The position numbers and the translations under genes were made by a program. Of a stretch of DNA of 64,000 bases, positions 15,348 to 27,512 are shown one piece after another (the first letter of the stretch is position 1; every line of letters starts with the position of its first letter). The notes beneath the pieces were generated by a model. It did no database searches, was not told the DNA's origin, and worked only from the letters and a program-made list of their open reading frames with translations. The stretch is taken from contig OZ024748.1 in NCBI GenBank assembly GCA_964016885.1, positions 16,864,001-16,928,000 of the forward strand, read 5' to 3'. Source of the DNA: Eledone cirrhosa. Taxonomy: Eukaryota.

Positions 15348-15810
15348 ATCATCATTTAACTCTCATTTTCCCAGCTCGTGAGGGTTGGATGGGTCATGTC
15401 CACACTTGTCTGTAATTAATTGATGCTACTGACCTTTCAGTTGAAGTCAGTGTGCTAACATATGTTTCTGTATTTTACAGAGTGGACTGGGTGCATTTTA
15501 TAATAGAAACAGCTGTAGAAAGATTGCTACGCCTTTGAAACCAATTAAAAGTCCACCCAACATTTTGTTTGGTAAATTATATACAGCTGAATTAAATTTC
15601 TTTAACCAACCACATTACAGAGTGTACTGGGTGCCTGGGTACCTTTATTATGCAGATCACTGATACTTAACAGGTTGTCCTACACTTCATGCAAATAAAG
15701 AGTCCTCTTGACTCTTTTTTTTGGATGCTTTCTACAGCTGAGTACATTTCCTAGTGACAACCACCATCCATGGTATACTGGGTACATTTTTCGTGGCATT
15801 GATTTCACTA
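15348..15810 (-). mobile_element. Old RTE-LINE 3' UTR remnant
   Basis: CATCATTTAAC..CATTTTCC tail in reverse, and CAGAGTG(G/T)ACTGGGTGC subrepeats related to the 3' UTR at 2810-2885. Confidence 0.5.
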
Positions 15811-16943
15811 AAATATAGACCTCAACAGTCAACTTACATACCGAATGTAAGTTGACCGTTGAGGTCTATATTTTAGTGAAATCAATGCCATAATAAATAA
15901 AATACAATAAATAAAATACAATAAATAAAATACAATATTTGAAGTATAAGATAGTGACATACCCAAAATATAGACCTCAACAGTCAACCTATATACCCAA
16001 TGTAAGTTGACCATTGAGGTCTATATTTTAGTGAAATCAATGCCATAATAAATAAAATACAATAAATAAAATACAATAAATAAAATACAATAAATAAAAT
16101 ACAATATTTGAAGTATAAGATAGTGACATACCCAAAATATAGACCTCAACAGTCAACCTATATACCCAATGTAAGTTGACCATTGAGGTCTATATTTTAG
16201 TGGAATTAATGCCATAATAAATAAAATACAATAAATAAAATACAATATTTGAAGTATAAGATAGTGACATACCCAAAATATAGACCTCAACAGTCAACCT
16301 ATATACCCAATGTAAGTTGACCATTGAGGTCCATATTTTAGTGGAATCAATGCCATAATAAATAAAATACAATAAATAAAATACAATATTTGAAGTATAA
16401 GATAGTGACATACCCAAAATATAGACCTCAACAGTCAACCTATATACCCAATGTAAGTTGACCATTGAGGTCTATATTTTAGTGGAATCAATGCCATAAT
16501 AAATAAAATACAATAAATAAAATACAATATTTGAAGTATAAGATAGTGACATACCCAAAATATAGACCTCAACAGTCAACCTATATACCCAATGTAAGTT
16601 GACCATTGAGGTCTATATTTTAGTGGAATCAATGCCATAATAAATAAAATACAATAAATAAAATACAATATTTGAAGTATAAGATAGTGACATACCCAAA
16701 ATATAGACCTCAACAGTCAACCTATATACCCAATGTAAGTTGACCATTGAGGTCTATATTTTAGTGGAATCAATGCCATAATAAATAAAATACAATAAAT
16801 AAAATACAATATTTGAAGTATAAGATAGTGACATACCCAAAATATAGACCTCAACAGTCAACCTATATACCCAATGTAAGTTGACCGTTGAGGTCTATAT
16901 TTTGGGTATGTCACTATCTTATACTTCAAATATTGTATTTTAT
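15794..16943. repeat. Hairpin-containing tandem array, 141-bp unit, 8 hairpin copies
   Basis: TAGACCTCAACAGTCAAC..GTTGACC(A/G)TTGAGGTCTA at 15816, 15971, 16140, 16281, 16422, 16563, 16704 and 16845; spacings 155, 169 and 141 x5. Confidence 0.97.
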
Positions 16944-16995
16944 CTGATGAGAGCATACTATAATTTAGTATCCTAGAAATATGTATACTAAAATA
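16936..16995 (+). ncRNA. Minimal type-I hammerhead motif (Penelope-like pLTR, same family as 3769 and 38050)
   Basis: TATTTTAT-CTGATGA-GAGCATACTA-TAATT-TAGTATCCTA-GAAA-TATGTA-TA-CTAAAATA. Confidence 0.6.
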
Positions 16996-17369
16996 AATAT
17001 GATGTTATACTGATATTTTCCATTTATTACTATTGTTAATAATTATAATACTCCAGATAAAATTTATTTGTTGAGTGCTTAATATCTGTTATGAACATAA
17101 CCTTGTTGAATACTTATCAACAAAGCATATAACTCATTGTTTGTTTTTATATATATATATATATATATATAACAAAGGAATTGTGGTAAGGAACCAGATG
17201 GACCATAACACACCAAAGTACTCAATACTTAGGGTAGTAGAGTGGGTAATAGAGTCCAGAAATAACCGTCGAAATGGCTTGAGCTCTGCCGTCGGGGTCA
17301 TACTTGTTCCTATATATATATATATATATATTTCGTTTCTGAATTGGCAACATGCCCCTCCCAAAGTAT

Positions 17370-17430
<61 letters not shown>

Positions 17431-17710
17431 AGAGAGAGAGAGAGAGAGTGGATTCCTAATGTGTTTTGGGAGGTGACCCCTTCATCAACTTCATCACTTC
17501 ATTGCCTATTACACTACACACTTCTCTATCTATCCATCCCTTCACTATCAACAACCTCACCCCTTTAATCACCCTTCCCAACATCCATTCCAAGGAAACT
17601 ATACATATACAAAAGCTGACAAAAATTGACTGACTTTCCAGATGATTTCTCTTGAATTTTGTAGAAGGCATTTCTCTAATTATATATATATATATGTACA
17701 TATGTATATA

Positions 17711-17758
<48 letters not shown>

Positions 17759-17811
17759 TCTTGCTCACAATAATTTCTATATTTTCATTTATATGTGAAT
17801 ATATATATATA

Positions 17812-17855
<44 letters not shown>

Positions 17856-17858
<3 letters not shown>

Positions 17859-18045
17859 CGGTGGATTGGCAGTATCAGTAGAGGGTCGGACGCCATGCTT
17901 TGCAGCATAGAGTTACGGCCCTTGCCATTCTGAGTTCAAATCCCGCCGAGGTTGACTTTGCCTTTCATCCTTACGGGGTCGATAACATAAAGTACCAGTA
18001 ATGTACTGGGTAATTGCTGGCCTTGTGCCAATAGTAGAAACCAAT
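17856..18045 (+). mobile_element. Full-length family-A SINE inserted in (TA)n
   Basis: GGCGGTGGATTGGCAGTATCAGTAGAGGG..GAGTTCAAATCCCGCCGAGG..GGCCTTGTGCC..GTAGAAAC. Confidence 0.92.
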
Positions 18046-18074
18046 ATATATATATATATATGAATATATCTATC

Positions 18075-18108
<34 letters not shown>

Positions 18109-18519
18109 TATATATATATATATCTATATGAATATATATATATATATATCTATATGAATATATATATATATATCTATATGAATATATATATATATATCAT
18201 CATCATCATCATCGTTTAACGTCCATCTTCCACGCTATATATATATATATGCATATATATATATATATTCATATATATATATATATATATGTATATATGT
18301 GTATATATGTGTGTATATATATATATATATGCATATATATATATATATATTCATATATATATATATATATTCATATATATATATATATGTATATATAAAT
18401 ATATATGTGTATATATGTGTGTATATATATATATGCATATATATATATATATATATTCATATATATATATATATGTATATATAAATATATATGTGTATAT
18501 ATGTGTGTATATATATATG

Positions 18520-18985
18520 CACAAAACCTGTCAAAGGGCAAGGGAGCTCTTAAGAGTCAATAGCCATCCAAAATCACCGGGAGAGATGACCCCTTAGCCT
18601 TTGTCAAGGCAGAATTCTAGGAGAAGGAAAACTCTGATATAACACCTGCAATCCTGATGGTATCCAATGATGTTGACCTGTTCTTCTTTTTGGTAAATAT
18701 CATCTTGGTTAAGAGAGTGGGACTGGCTTTGTGCAGTGCCTTTGCTCACTATAAAAGCTTCACAGCACAGGCATTGCTTTATATCTAGAGATCTCTCTGC
18801 ACTTGTCATCACATGGTACCATGGGCCCTGCACTATGTGTCAATAATTGTCACAAGTGTAGTCTTTGTACCAGAGTTTTCAAGTCGCTGGCTGGACTAAA
18901 GTCACATTCGTTCAGCGCATCGGTAGGGGTTCTCCTACATGGATATAAAGTAGTGGCCGTACTCGAAAACGAGTTGGCAGCCACC
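18520..18985 (+). mobile_element. Internally deleted RTE derivative (5'-UTR-like head plus C2H2 zinc-finger 3' end)
   Basis: GGAGAAGGAAAACTCTGATATAA resembles RTE 5' UTRs; CSLCTRVFKSLAGLKSH resembles the C-terminal zinc finger of BovB-type RTEs. Confidence 0.55.
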
Positions 18986-19011
18986 ATATATATATGCATG
19001 CATCGGTTGAC

Positions 19012-20035
19012 GCGGATTGGCAGTATCGGTAGAGGGTCGGACGCCATGCATTATAGCTTGGTTACGTCCCTTTACAGTTTGAGTTCAAATCCCGTCGAGG
19101 TTAACTTTGCCTTTCATCCTTACGGGGTCGATAAAATAAAGTACCAGTAATGCACTGGGTAATTGCTGGCCTTGTGCCTTAAGTAAAAACAATTATTATT
19201 GCAGACAGAGTTTCTGACTTTGTTAGACTCTAAATTAAAGAAAATTTGATCATTCTGTCACATTCTATGATGGCCTTGCATATTGATGTCAACATGGCTA
19301 CTTTATCATTAATATTGCGATATTTTGACACAGCAACGGTTCTCCCCCTCTCTCTCTATCTATCTATCTCTCACTCTCTCTCTATCACTCACTCTCTCTC
19401 TCTCTCTCTGTATCCATTTATTGGCAGTATTTCAGAGATTATGTTACAAGAGGAACGAACATGTCTTCATGAAAAACCGTTATGGATAAATATATGTATT
19501 GTGTATATATATATACATATATATATATGAAAAAATAATAATAATTGTTTCTACTTTAGGCACAAGGCCAGCAATTACCCAGTGTATTACTGGTACTTTA
19601 TGTTATCGACCCCGTAAGGATGAAAGGCAAAGTTAACCTCGGTAGGATTTGAACTCAGAATGGCAAGCGCCGTAACTCCATGCGTCAAGGCATGGCATCC
19701 GACGCTCTACCAATACTGGCAATCAACCGCCCTTTAGATATAATTGTTTCTACTTTTGGCACAAGGCCAGCAAATACCCAGTACATTACTGGTACTTTAG
19801 ATATAATTGTTTCTACTTTTGGCACAAGGCCAGCAATTAACCAGTACATTACTGGTACTTTAGATATAATTGTTTCTACGTTAGGCACAAGGCCAGCAAT
19901 TAGCCAGTGTATTACTGGTACTTTATTTTATCGACCCCGTAAGGATGAAAGGCAAAGTTAACCTCGGCGGGATTTGAACTCAGAATGGCAAGGGCCGTAA
20001 CTCCATGCGTCAAAGCATGGCGTTACGGCCCTTTA
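19012..20035. mobile_element. Family-A SINEs: 19012-19197 (+), 19541-19730 (-), tandem ~62-bp SINE-tail units 19733-19921, 19866-20020 (-)
   Basis: Repeated family-A core; TTAGATATAATTGTTTCTAC..CTGGTACT occurs three times in tandem. Confidence 0.88.
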
Positions 20036-20723
20036 GATATAATGTGAGATAAAGCTTTTACTGAGAAAATATAATAGTAAATATAGAGTAATGTAAATGC
20101 TAAAGAGTTAAACAACCTTGCCCAGACTTGAGCCTTCGTGTGGAACTTTCTAGGTGCCAATACTGTTGTCAATGATGACCAATGGGGGTCTTTGATGGTT
20201 CAAAGACTCTTCTGATGTGACCCTAACAAATGTAGAAAATAGTCTCTTGGAGAGAAAGAAATGTTCAAACCTAAAGCATTCTCTTTTATCATGTCACCTA
20301 AAGAGAAGGCTATCATTGATTGAAGTGACAATGATGGTGGAGCCTCTCTTTATATGCAAAGGTCATTAGAAAAGTTCATACGTTGACCAACATACTCTCA
20401 TGGAATGACCAAATTAGGTTTATTTTTCAACATGTTTTGGAAAAGTAAAGTGAATTTAATAATTGGTCTAACATACAGAAAAAAGAAAGCAGTATTGGAA
20501 AGAACTATAAATGCCATAAATGAGAGGAAAAGAAGGGAAAGAGCAAGGACTATTACACAAAGGAAGAAAGGGGAAAGGGGAGAGGGTGACACTCTACACC
20601 TAGATCAGAGTGGTGTTTTAACCGTTATTGTGGACTGAATGACAAAGGCATTTCCACAAACAATTGCCAGGGACACCTGCTGTGAGAGTCACCCCACCTC
20701 AGACTGACTGCTGTCTTTCTGAT

Positions 20724-20953
20724 TTAACCCTTTAGCATTCACATTATTATATATATATACTATTATATTTTCATGGTAAAGGCTTTACCTCACATAATTA
20801 TCTCACATAATATCGAATCTATGAGATTTTCAAAGTATTTATTTTGAGAACAATACCTTAACATCAGTTTGAGCGGCCAGTTACAGCCAGTTTCAACAGA
20901 AAGAGGTAGAGAATTCTGGCTGGTTTTGGCTAGTTTGAACACTAAAGGGTTAA
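20724..20953. mobile_element. piggyBac-type MITE
   Basis: TTAA|CCCTTTAGCATT...ACACTAAAGGG|TTAA; homologues at 33288-33513, 47707-47890, 48170-48387, 31084-31170 and 20040-20110. Confidence 0.85.
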
Positions 20954-21456
20954 TGGAGGAGTTCAGCTATACAAGGATGCTCGAGGCCTTGATAGCGACC
21001 AGTGCAACATAGTCCTTGAAAAGCAACAATGTAGTTATTAATAAGAGTTGAAATTAATGCATGCAAGATTTCACAGCTCTAGCATCACTCTTTCATAGCC
21101 AGCCTATGAACTTTTCATCCCACCCTCATAGTTGTTAAGCCTACTAAAAATAGCAGCTACATTCCTTCATTTTCCACACCCTGTCAGTCTAAAAGGAAGG
21201 AAGGTTGACAATGTCGTCCTTCATAAATATATATTATCAAAACACAAATATATACTGAATATTTACGTGATTATAACATAGAAATAAATTATTAAAATAT
21301 CGTTTTTATCTTTAATTACTTCCCTGTGTCAATAATCATCATAAACTATCTGGCTTCTCTTATGCAAACTATTAATTTATCAAACCTCAAATTTCCTAGC
21401 TTACCTAATAATTCATATATCCTGGTATCCAAAACGTAAATACGTTCAATGATATT

Positions 21457-21640
21457 TTGGCAGTATCGGTAGAGGGTTGGACGCCATACTTTGCAGCACA
21501 GTTACGTCCCTTTACGGACTGAGTTCAAATCCCGCCGAGGTTAACTTTGCCTTTCATCCTTACAGGGTCGATAAAATAAAATACCACTAATACACTGGTA
21601 TTAATTGCTGGCCTTGTGCCAAAAGTAGAAACAATTATCG
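21457..21640 (+). mobile_element. Family-A SINE
   Basis: TGGCAGTATCGGTAGAGGG..GAGTTCAAATCCCGCCGAGG..AAAAGTAGAAAC. Confidence 0.9.
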
Positions 21641-22599
21641 TTATTATCCACAGTACGTGTCCATTAGCCTTTGAAAATACTGTATATCGTTTAAAGTGAT
21701 TTGCAGTTACTATTTTCCTCCATAACGGAAGTAGGACGTCGCGATATCCGGCATTGAAAGAAATAGTATTTCAAATCTAGACGTTCAATTAGGCATTGTC
21801 CCTTTTAATGTCGGGTTAAACGATTTAAAACAAAACAACAACAAAAAAAGAACGTTGTTTCAATGCCGGGCATATCGTTATTTAGTGTTCCTTTGAAAAT
21901 AAAGGGAAGTTGTTTAAAGAAATTCTATTGCAATGACAGATATAGTTATTCAGGAATTGAAAGAAGTATTGTCCCAAAACCAAACTATTTGGACAAATAG
22001 GAGGAATTTTGATTATCGAAAATGCTATTCATTTCACGTGTAAGTAAATGTTGCGTGAGACCTTACTGTGTAAAGTGGGTGAGTATGCATGTATTTGTGG
22101 AACATCTGAACGAGTATCCTCCATATCCAACTAACTGTAGCAATGGCACTAACATATCGCAGCGGAATGATTGGATCGTACTTTGTCACCCGCCAGCCAT
22201 TAGGCTTGGCGGTGTATGAATACCAAAAAATCGACTTCCGCCCAGCCGTTGCTTCGCCCCTTTCTTTTCATTTCTAAAGGGTTGCAGCTTCATTTTTGTA
22301 GAGACAAGACGTTACCTGGAGTAACTGGCAAGATGAAACATTTACCAAGGAACTTTGGGCCTCCCTTTGCAAGGGTCCAGCAACATCCTACCTAGATATA
22401 TGCTACAATGGCGCCTAACATTCTTTTGTAATATTTTATGGAGAAAAATAAACCTTTTATATACTTTCCTCGCTGTACTTACCTATTTGATCCTTACCTC
22501 ACCATGAAACTCTAAACACGCAGTCTTATAACCTAATCTTTATTAAGGATCCTTTATACCACCAACAGACAACTCCAGCAAACAACTAAATTTCTCATC

Positions 22600-22862
22600 T
22601 GCTAAATAACTTTCGTTCTGCCGGAGGACGGCGAGGAAAATGCGCTGGAACAGCCACGCAACTTTGCGAGGCTGACACCTTGAGGGTAGCCATGTCTGGG
22701 AGAGGGGAGCAGACGGCTAGAAGCCTCCATTTTTACAGGCTCTGGCACAAACTTATCAGAGAACTGCCGATACTTGGACAGTTTATAGTCTTCGATCTGG
22801 CGAGCAGCGATGCCTGGGCTCTTAGTCAAATGAACCAGGTTGCCACTAGAGAATGTGTTTCA
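22600..22862 (-). mobile_element. CRE-like non-LTR retrotransposon, restriction-like-endonuclease C-terminal remnant
   Basis: TFSSGNL..PGIAARQIEDYKLSKYRQFSDKFVPEPVKME, then after a frameshift RKVAWLFQRIFLAVLRQNES (cf. WLFQRISxAVQRGNA). Confidence 0.65.
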
Positions 22863-23972
22863 GCAATATTGAGAGGATATCGGAGAAATTTGAAAAAAAT
22901 TACCCTCAAGTAAAAAAAATTCACAAATCAATTTACTATCTTCAAATAACAAAATATAGAAGACCTGATTGCGTAATCTGCGAATATTTGCAGGAATTCA
23001 AATTAGTATTCAAATAAAAGTATTAGTTGGAGGTTCCAACGCATCTTGTGGTGTGTCACCCATTGACACACAGTGTTGACAAATCATTTTAGAATGTGCT
23101 TGCAACAATTTAACACAGCTCTTTCTCAAGATATAATTTTACTACAGTGTGTATTTCGTTGTTTAAGTGAAACTAGGAACGTGCGGAACGTAAATATGCC
23201 AGGTCTGTATGTAACATGGCTGTGCACACCCTATTAAGGGTTTTAAATGGACCAGACTGCTCTATATGTAGCCTCAGACTTGTGGAGGATTAACGAAGAG
23301 ATGATAATTATGCTGGTGTATGATTTTATTTTCCGAAGTTCACAGTTATATAAATGGTTTCTGATTTAGACACAAGGCCAGTAATTTGAAGGGAAGAGAA
23401 AAATCGATTAAATTGACTCCAGTACATTACTATATTTTATCGACTACCGTAAGGATAAAAGGCAAAGCTAACTTCTGCGGTAATTTGAACTCAGAACGTT
23501 AAAGGGCGCCGCGAAGCAGAGTGTCCGATATAAATAACATTACAAATTGTTTACAGTTCTTACAGAATAGAAATATAAGCAGATATAATAAATACAATTA
23601 ATTATTGCTAGGAACCTCACAAATATAATGCACAAAAATTAATTCGTAATTTTAAACTGTTCTTTTGGGATTCTGTGAAAAGCTATTTGCTCAACTGAAC
23701 TTCAGAACATGAAATTAAATATTTCGCTATGGATTTACAATTACGTGGAAATTTACCTGGATTAAAATAGTTGTAGGTAGGTGCTGTATTTAGTAAATTA
23801 TTATTTTTCAATATCTAATTTATGACTTTTAATGTTAAATGTTTCTATTTACATCTTAGTAAAAACATTTAAGAAAAAAAATTAAAACGAAAGAATATAC
23901 GTCTAAATACTTATTTATGTGTTAATAGACATAAATAACATTACATATGTAAAATAAGAAAATTGTTTGGCC

Positions 23973-24057
23973 ATACTTGGTTTTAGTGTCCTAAATAGTG
24001 GGTGGAGCTAATAATTGAATGTTGATGATGATAATTTTGGACACTAAAACCAAGTAT
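23973..24057. mobile_element. Small MITE-like hairpin with a 19-bp perfect inverted repeat
   Basis: ATACTTGGTTTTAGTGTCC ... GGACACTAAAACCAAGTAT. Confidence 0.6.
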
Positions 24058-24167
24058 CGCTAATTGTTTTGTTTCTTTTATTGAATACTTTCGATAATGT
24101 TATAGATTTTATACTTGGAACATATGTCATTTCTACAACTAAGAATTGACAATTATCATGTAACAAA

Positions 24168-24490
24168 TACAGTAGAACCTCAGTTCACGAACTTTGTGCT
24201 CCTGAAGGCCGTTCGTCAACTGAAATATTCGTCATTCGAAATATATTTATAAACCGAACCGAAATTATTTTCCCCATGCGAAATATTGAGAGAAAAATAC
24301 AGTGAGTGGGAGAGAGAGAGACTGTGTGTGTGTAAGACAGACAAATAGGTATCACCAGAGTAACTAACTACACAAGTGACACTTTCCCATCAATATTCCA
24401 AGCTTGTTGCCAGCTTGCGTGTTTGTTACACGAGATACCGTTCGTTAACCGAGACGTTTTATGTACGGGAAAAATTGTTCGTGATGAGAC
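24168..24490. mobile_element. Degenerate Tc1/mariner(pogo)-type MITE
   Basis: TA|CAGTAGAACCTCAGTTCACGAAC terminus and internal GTTCGT subrepeats. Confidence 0.5.
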
Positions 24491-24936
24491 TAAAATAGAA
24501 GTACTCTCGGGGCCCAAATAATAGAGGGGGTGGAGTGGACATTCGCTTAAATTCTTATAAGACCTAAGAGTACATACCAGTAGTTGATTATTGTTGGGTA
24601 CCTTATAAATATAATTGTTTCTACTTTTGGCACAAGGCCAGCAATTATACTAGTGCATTACTGGTACTTTATTTTATCGACCCCGTAATGATGAAAGGCA
24701 AAGTTAACCTCGGCGGGATTTGAACTCAGAATGGCAAGGGCCGTAACTCCATGCGTCAAAGCATGGCGTTACGGCCCTTTAGATATAATGTGAGATAAAG
24801 CTTTTACTGAGAAAATACGAAAAACGACAAAAAATGAGTAATTTGTGGTGGTTTTGAAGGCCATACAAACATGCACACATATACGTATCAGTGTATTGAA
24901 AAAATTCTTAGTAGTAAAATATTACCCCAGAAATAT

Positions 24937-25113
24937 ATGATGGTCGGCCGAAAAGTTCATAGGCTGCTCAAATGAGGTTTATTTTTCAACATAGTCCCTG
25001 GAAAGAATCAATGCAGATATTAATAAGTAGAGTTGAAATTAATGCATGCAAGATTTCACAGCTCTAACATCACTCCTTCATAGTCAGTCTGTCCTTTTCA
25101 GCCCATCCTCATA
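24937..25113. mobile_element. mariner-type MITE; an interrupted homologue lies at 20366-21130
   Basis: TATGATGGTCGGCCGAAAAGTTCATAGGCTG ... CTTTTCAGCCCATCCTCATA TIRs with TA ends. Confidence 0.65.
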
Positions 25114-25140
25114 TATTTTTTATTATTAGAATGAATTGTA

Positions 25141-25360
25141 GGGCGGTGTATTGGCAGTATTGGTAGAGGGTTGTACGCCATTCTTTTCAGCATAGAGTTA
25201 CGGCCCTTTATGATCTGAGTTCAAATCCCGCCGAGGTTAACTTTGCCTTTCATCCTTACGGGGTCGATAAAATAAAGTACCAGTCACGCAGTGGGGTCGA
25301 TTTATTCGACTTTCCCCTCTCCCAAATTACTGGCCTTGTGCCTATACTAGAAATCATTAT
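25141..25360 (+). mobile_element. Family-A SINE, long subtype
   Basis: Includes the extra GGGGTCGATTTATTCGACTTTCCCCTCTCCCAAA segment. Confidence 0.9.
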
Positions 25361-26824
25361 TAGAATTTGTTCCTTGCACTTTGTGAATAAATGTTGAACA
25401 TTATTCCATGCCTTATTGAGACGGAACATACTCGAACACTTCTGAGGAGTCACTCTTTTCAATGTTTCATTTAATTAGATAAAAAAAAATGTGGAATGCA
25501 CTATGAGTACACCAATTTTCAATTTCTTAATGTATCCCGATCCTCGGGGTGTAAACGAAACATAAGTATACACATTATAAGTCGAAATTAATATTTTCTG
25601 TTCCATCTTTCTGTAAATATCAGAGTAGCTCAATGACTATATTATAAAGAAAATGCCTGAATTTTAACAAAGAATACTTAATCATTCCTAAATAATGGAT
25701 AATAATGAGAAAAGTAAACAGCAAAAATGATATTTTTTTCATTGAATTTCCAAGCACATTCATATTGTTTCATATAAAAAAAGAATTCTCTTCACAAAAG
25801 ATTCTATAAAAATGCCTTGCAGTTTTACCAATTTCTATTTTCTCACTTCGTAGAAACCTTATAAATTTTTTCTGTGGTCTTTATTAAAGAATAATTGGAA
25901 AAATTCTCATTTTATTCTAAGTTGCTTTTGCTAAATTTCAACATGTCATTTGGTATAAGCTGTTGTCTTTGTTATCAAATTCCATTGCATTCCATACCGT
26001 CTTCATATTCTTAGAATTGGTTCTCTTTTTTTTCCATTTTATTGTTTTTGCCTCAATCATGTCCCATTTCAATGGGTCCTCTCAATTTTCATAGTTTGTG
26101 TTTATTATAATTTACATCTTAGCTTAAAGCTCTAATGGATATTGTAGTCTATAAAACATACTTGGAAAGCCCTCCCTCTCTCTTTTTCATTTTCTCTTTT
26201 TTCTCCCCCCCACCACCACCTCTCGCTTTCTCCCTTTCTTGCTCTTCTCTCACTCTCTCTTTCACTTCTCCTTTCCTCTCTCAATCTCTCTCTCATTTTC
26301 TCCTTCCCCCTCTCTCTTCTCTCTCTCTCTTTTCCCTTTCACCCCCCCCCCTCAATCTCCCCCCCCCCCCCTCAATCTCTCTCTTTCACCACCACCTCCT
26401 CTTTCAATAATTGTCAGCTTGGATTGTTAAAAGAAAAACAAATTCATATATATACATTTTTCCACTTTTCACCTCTTTGCCATGTTTACATAGAATATTT
26501 TCTTTTACTTTATTGTATTTCTACTTTATATTTTTTGTAAGTTTATAAAGTTGTACAAAGTATTAGTGTATGTCTGATAGCTGAATGTCTATTGGCAAAG
26601 TAGGTAAACACTTAAAAAGAAACAAACACACCTGTCCAGAAACAACATAGGATTTAACTGAAGCTAGGTGTAAATCTACATGTAAACACACATGCATATA
26701 TAAACATGTTGATAAATACAGATTTATACTGAGGGTGCTGCTGTACACTGTACACAATCTCTGAATGTGGGAACCAAGATCTCATCAACCCTTTCCATCG
26801 TGACACGAGCTACTTTGAGTCACG

Positions 26825-26863
<39 letters not shown>

Positions 26864-26910
26864 TAGTGACGAAACATAAGTCAATTGCATGAACTCATAA
26901 TCCTTTATTT

Positions 26911-26966
26911 ACTGCTATATATATTTCGATGATAGCCACTGAATGGCTATGACCTCATCAGGCAGT
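26911..26966 (-). ncRNA. Canonical minimal type-I hammerhead ribozyme motif
   Basis: Minus strand ACTGC-CTGATGA-GGTCATAGCCA-TTCAG-TGGCTATCATC-GAAA-TATATA-TA-GCAGT: full core, 5-bp stem I, palindromic stem III. Confidence 0.8.
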
Positions 26967-27244
26967 TAGTCAGTTCTTAGATATGCCAGCTCTGTGTTTA
27001 TAGTGTTGATGGTATCAGAGCCTTGGGACATATCTAGCGTGGAAGAATGGACGTTAAACGGTGATGATGATCATGATGATATCTATATATATATAAATAA
27101 AGGATATAGCATGGGTTATATACTGTAGTAAAAGTTTGGTAGAAATATCCAAAGGTAAGAGCACTCCGTCCATAGGATGAGTTAAGTATAATTAGTTACA
27201 ACAGTAAGCCACTGTTGTAAATAATTATATATATATATTAACTG

Positions 27245-27510
27245 TGAAGGCGTATGGCTTAGTAGTTAGGGCATTGGGCTTGCAATCGAAACTTTGTGAG
27301 TTCAATTCTCGGACCAGGTGATGTGTTGTTTCCTTGAGCAAGACACTTTATTTCACGTTGCTCCAGTTTACTCAGCTGTAGAAATGAGTACCGGCCTGCC
27401 CACCCAGCCAGTGGGATGGTGTTATCTTGTGGCTAAAACAGCACGACGTGCTGTGACAAGCGGCGCCGGTTGGCGCCCGACAGACTGGTCGGTCAAGGTG
27501 GTCAAGGTGA
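27245..27510 (+). mobile_element. Family-B tRNA-derived SINE
   Basis: GGCGTATGGCTTAGTAGTTAGGGC A box, GAGTTCAATTCTC B box, CCTTGAGCAAGACACTTTATTTCACGTTGCTCCAG core. Confidence 0.85.
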
Positions 27511-27512
27511 TA

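Noticed and set aside
15794-16943. CRISPR-like array of palindromic repeats
   Set aside because: Spacers are identical, the context is eukaryotic and there are no cas genes
17856-18045. tRNA genes suggested by A and B boxes
   Set aside because: The boxes belong to multicopy SINE heads followed by SINE core and tail; no cloverleaf
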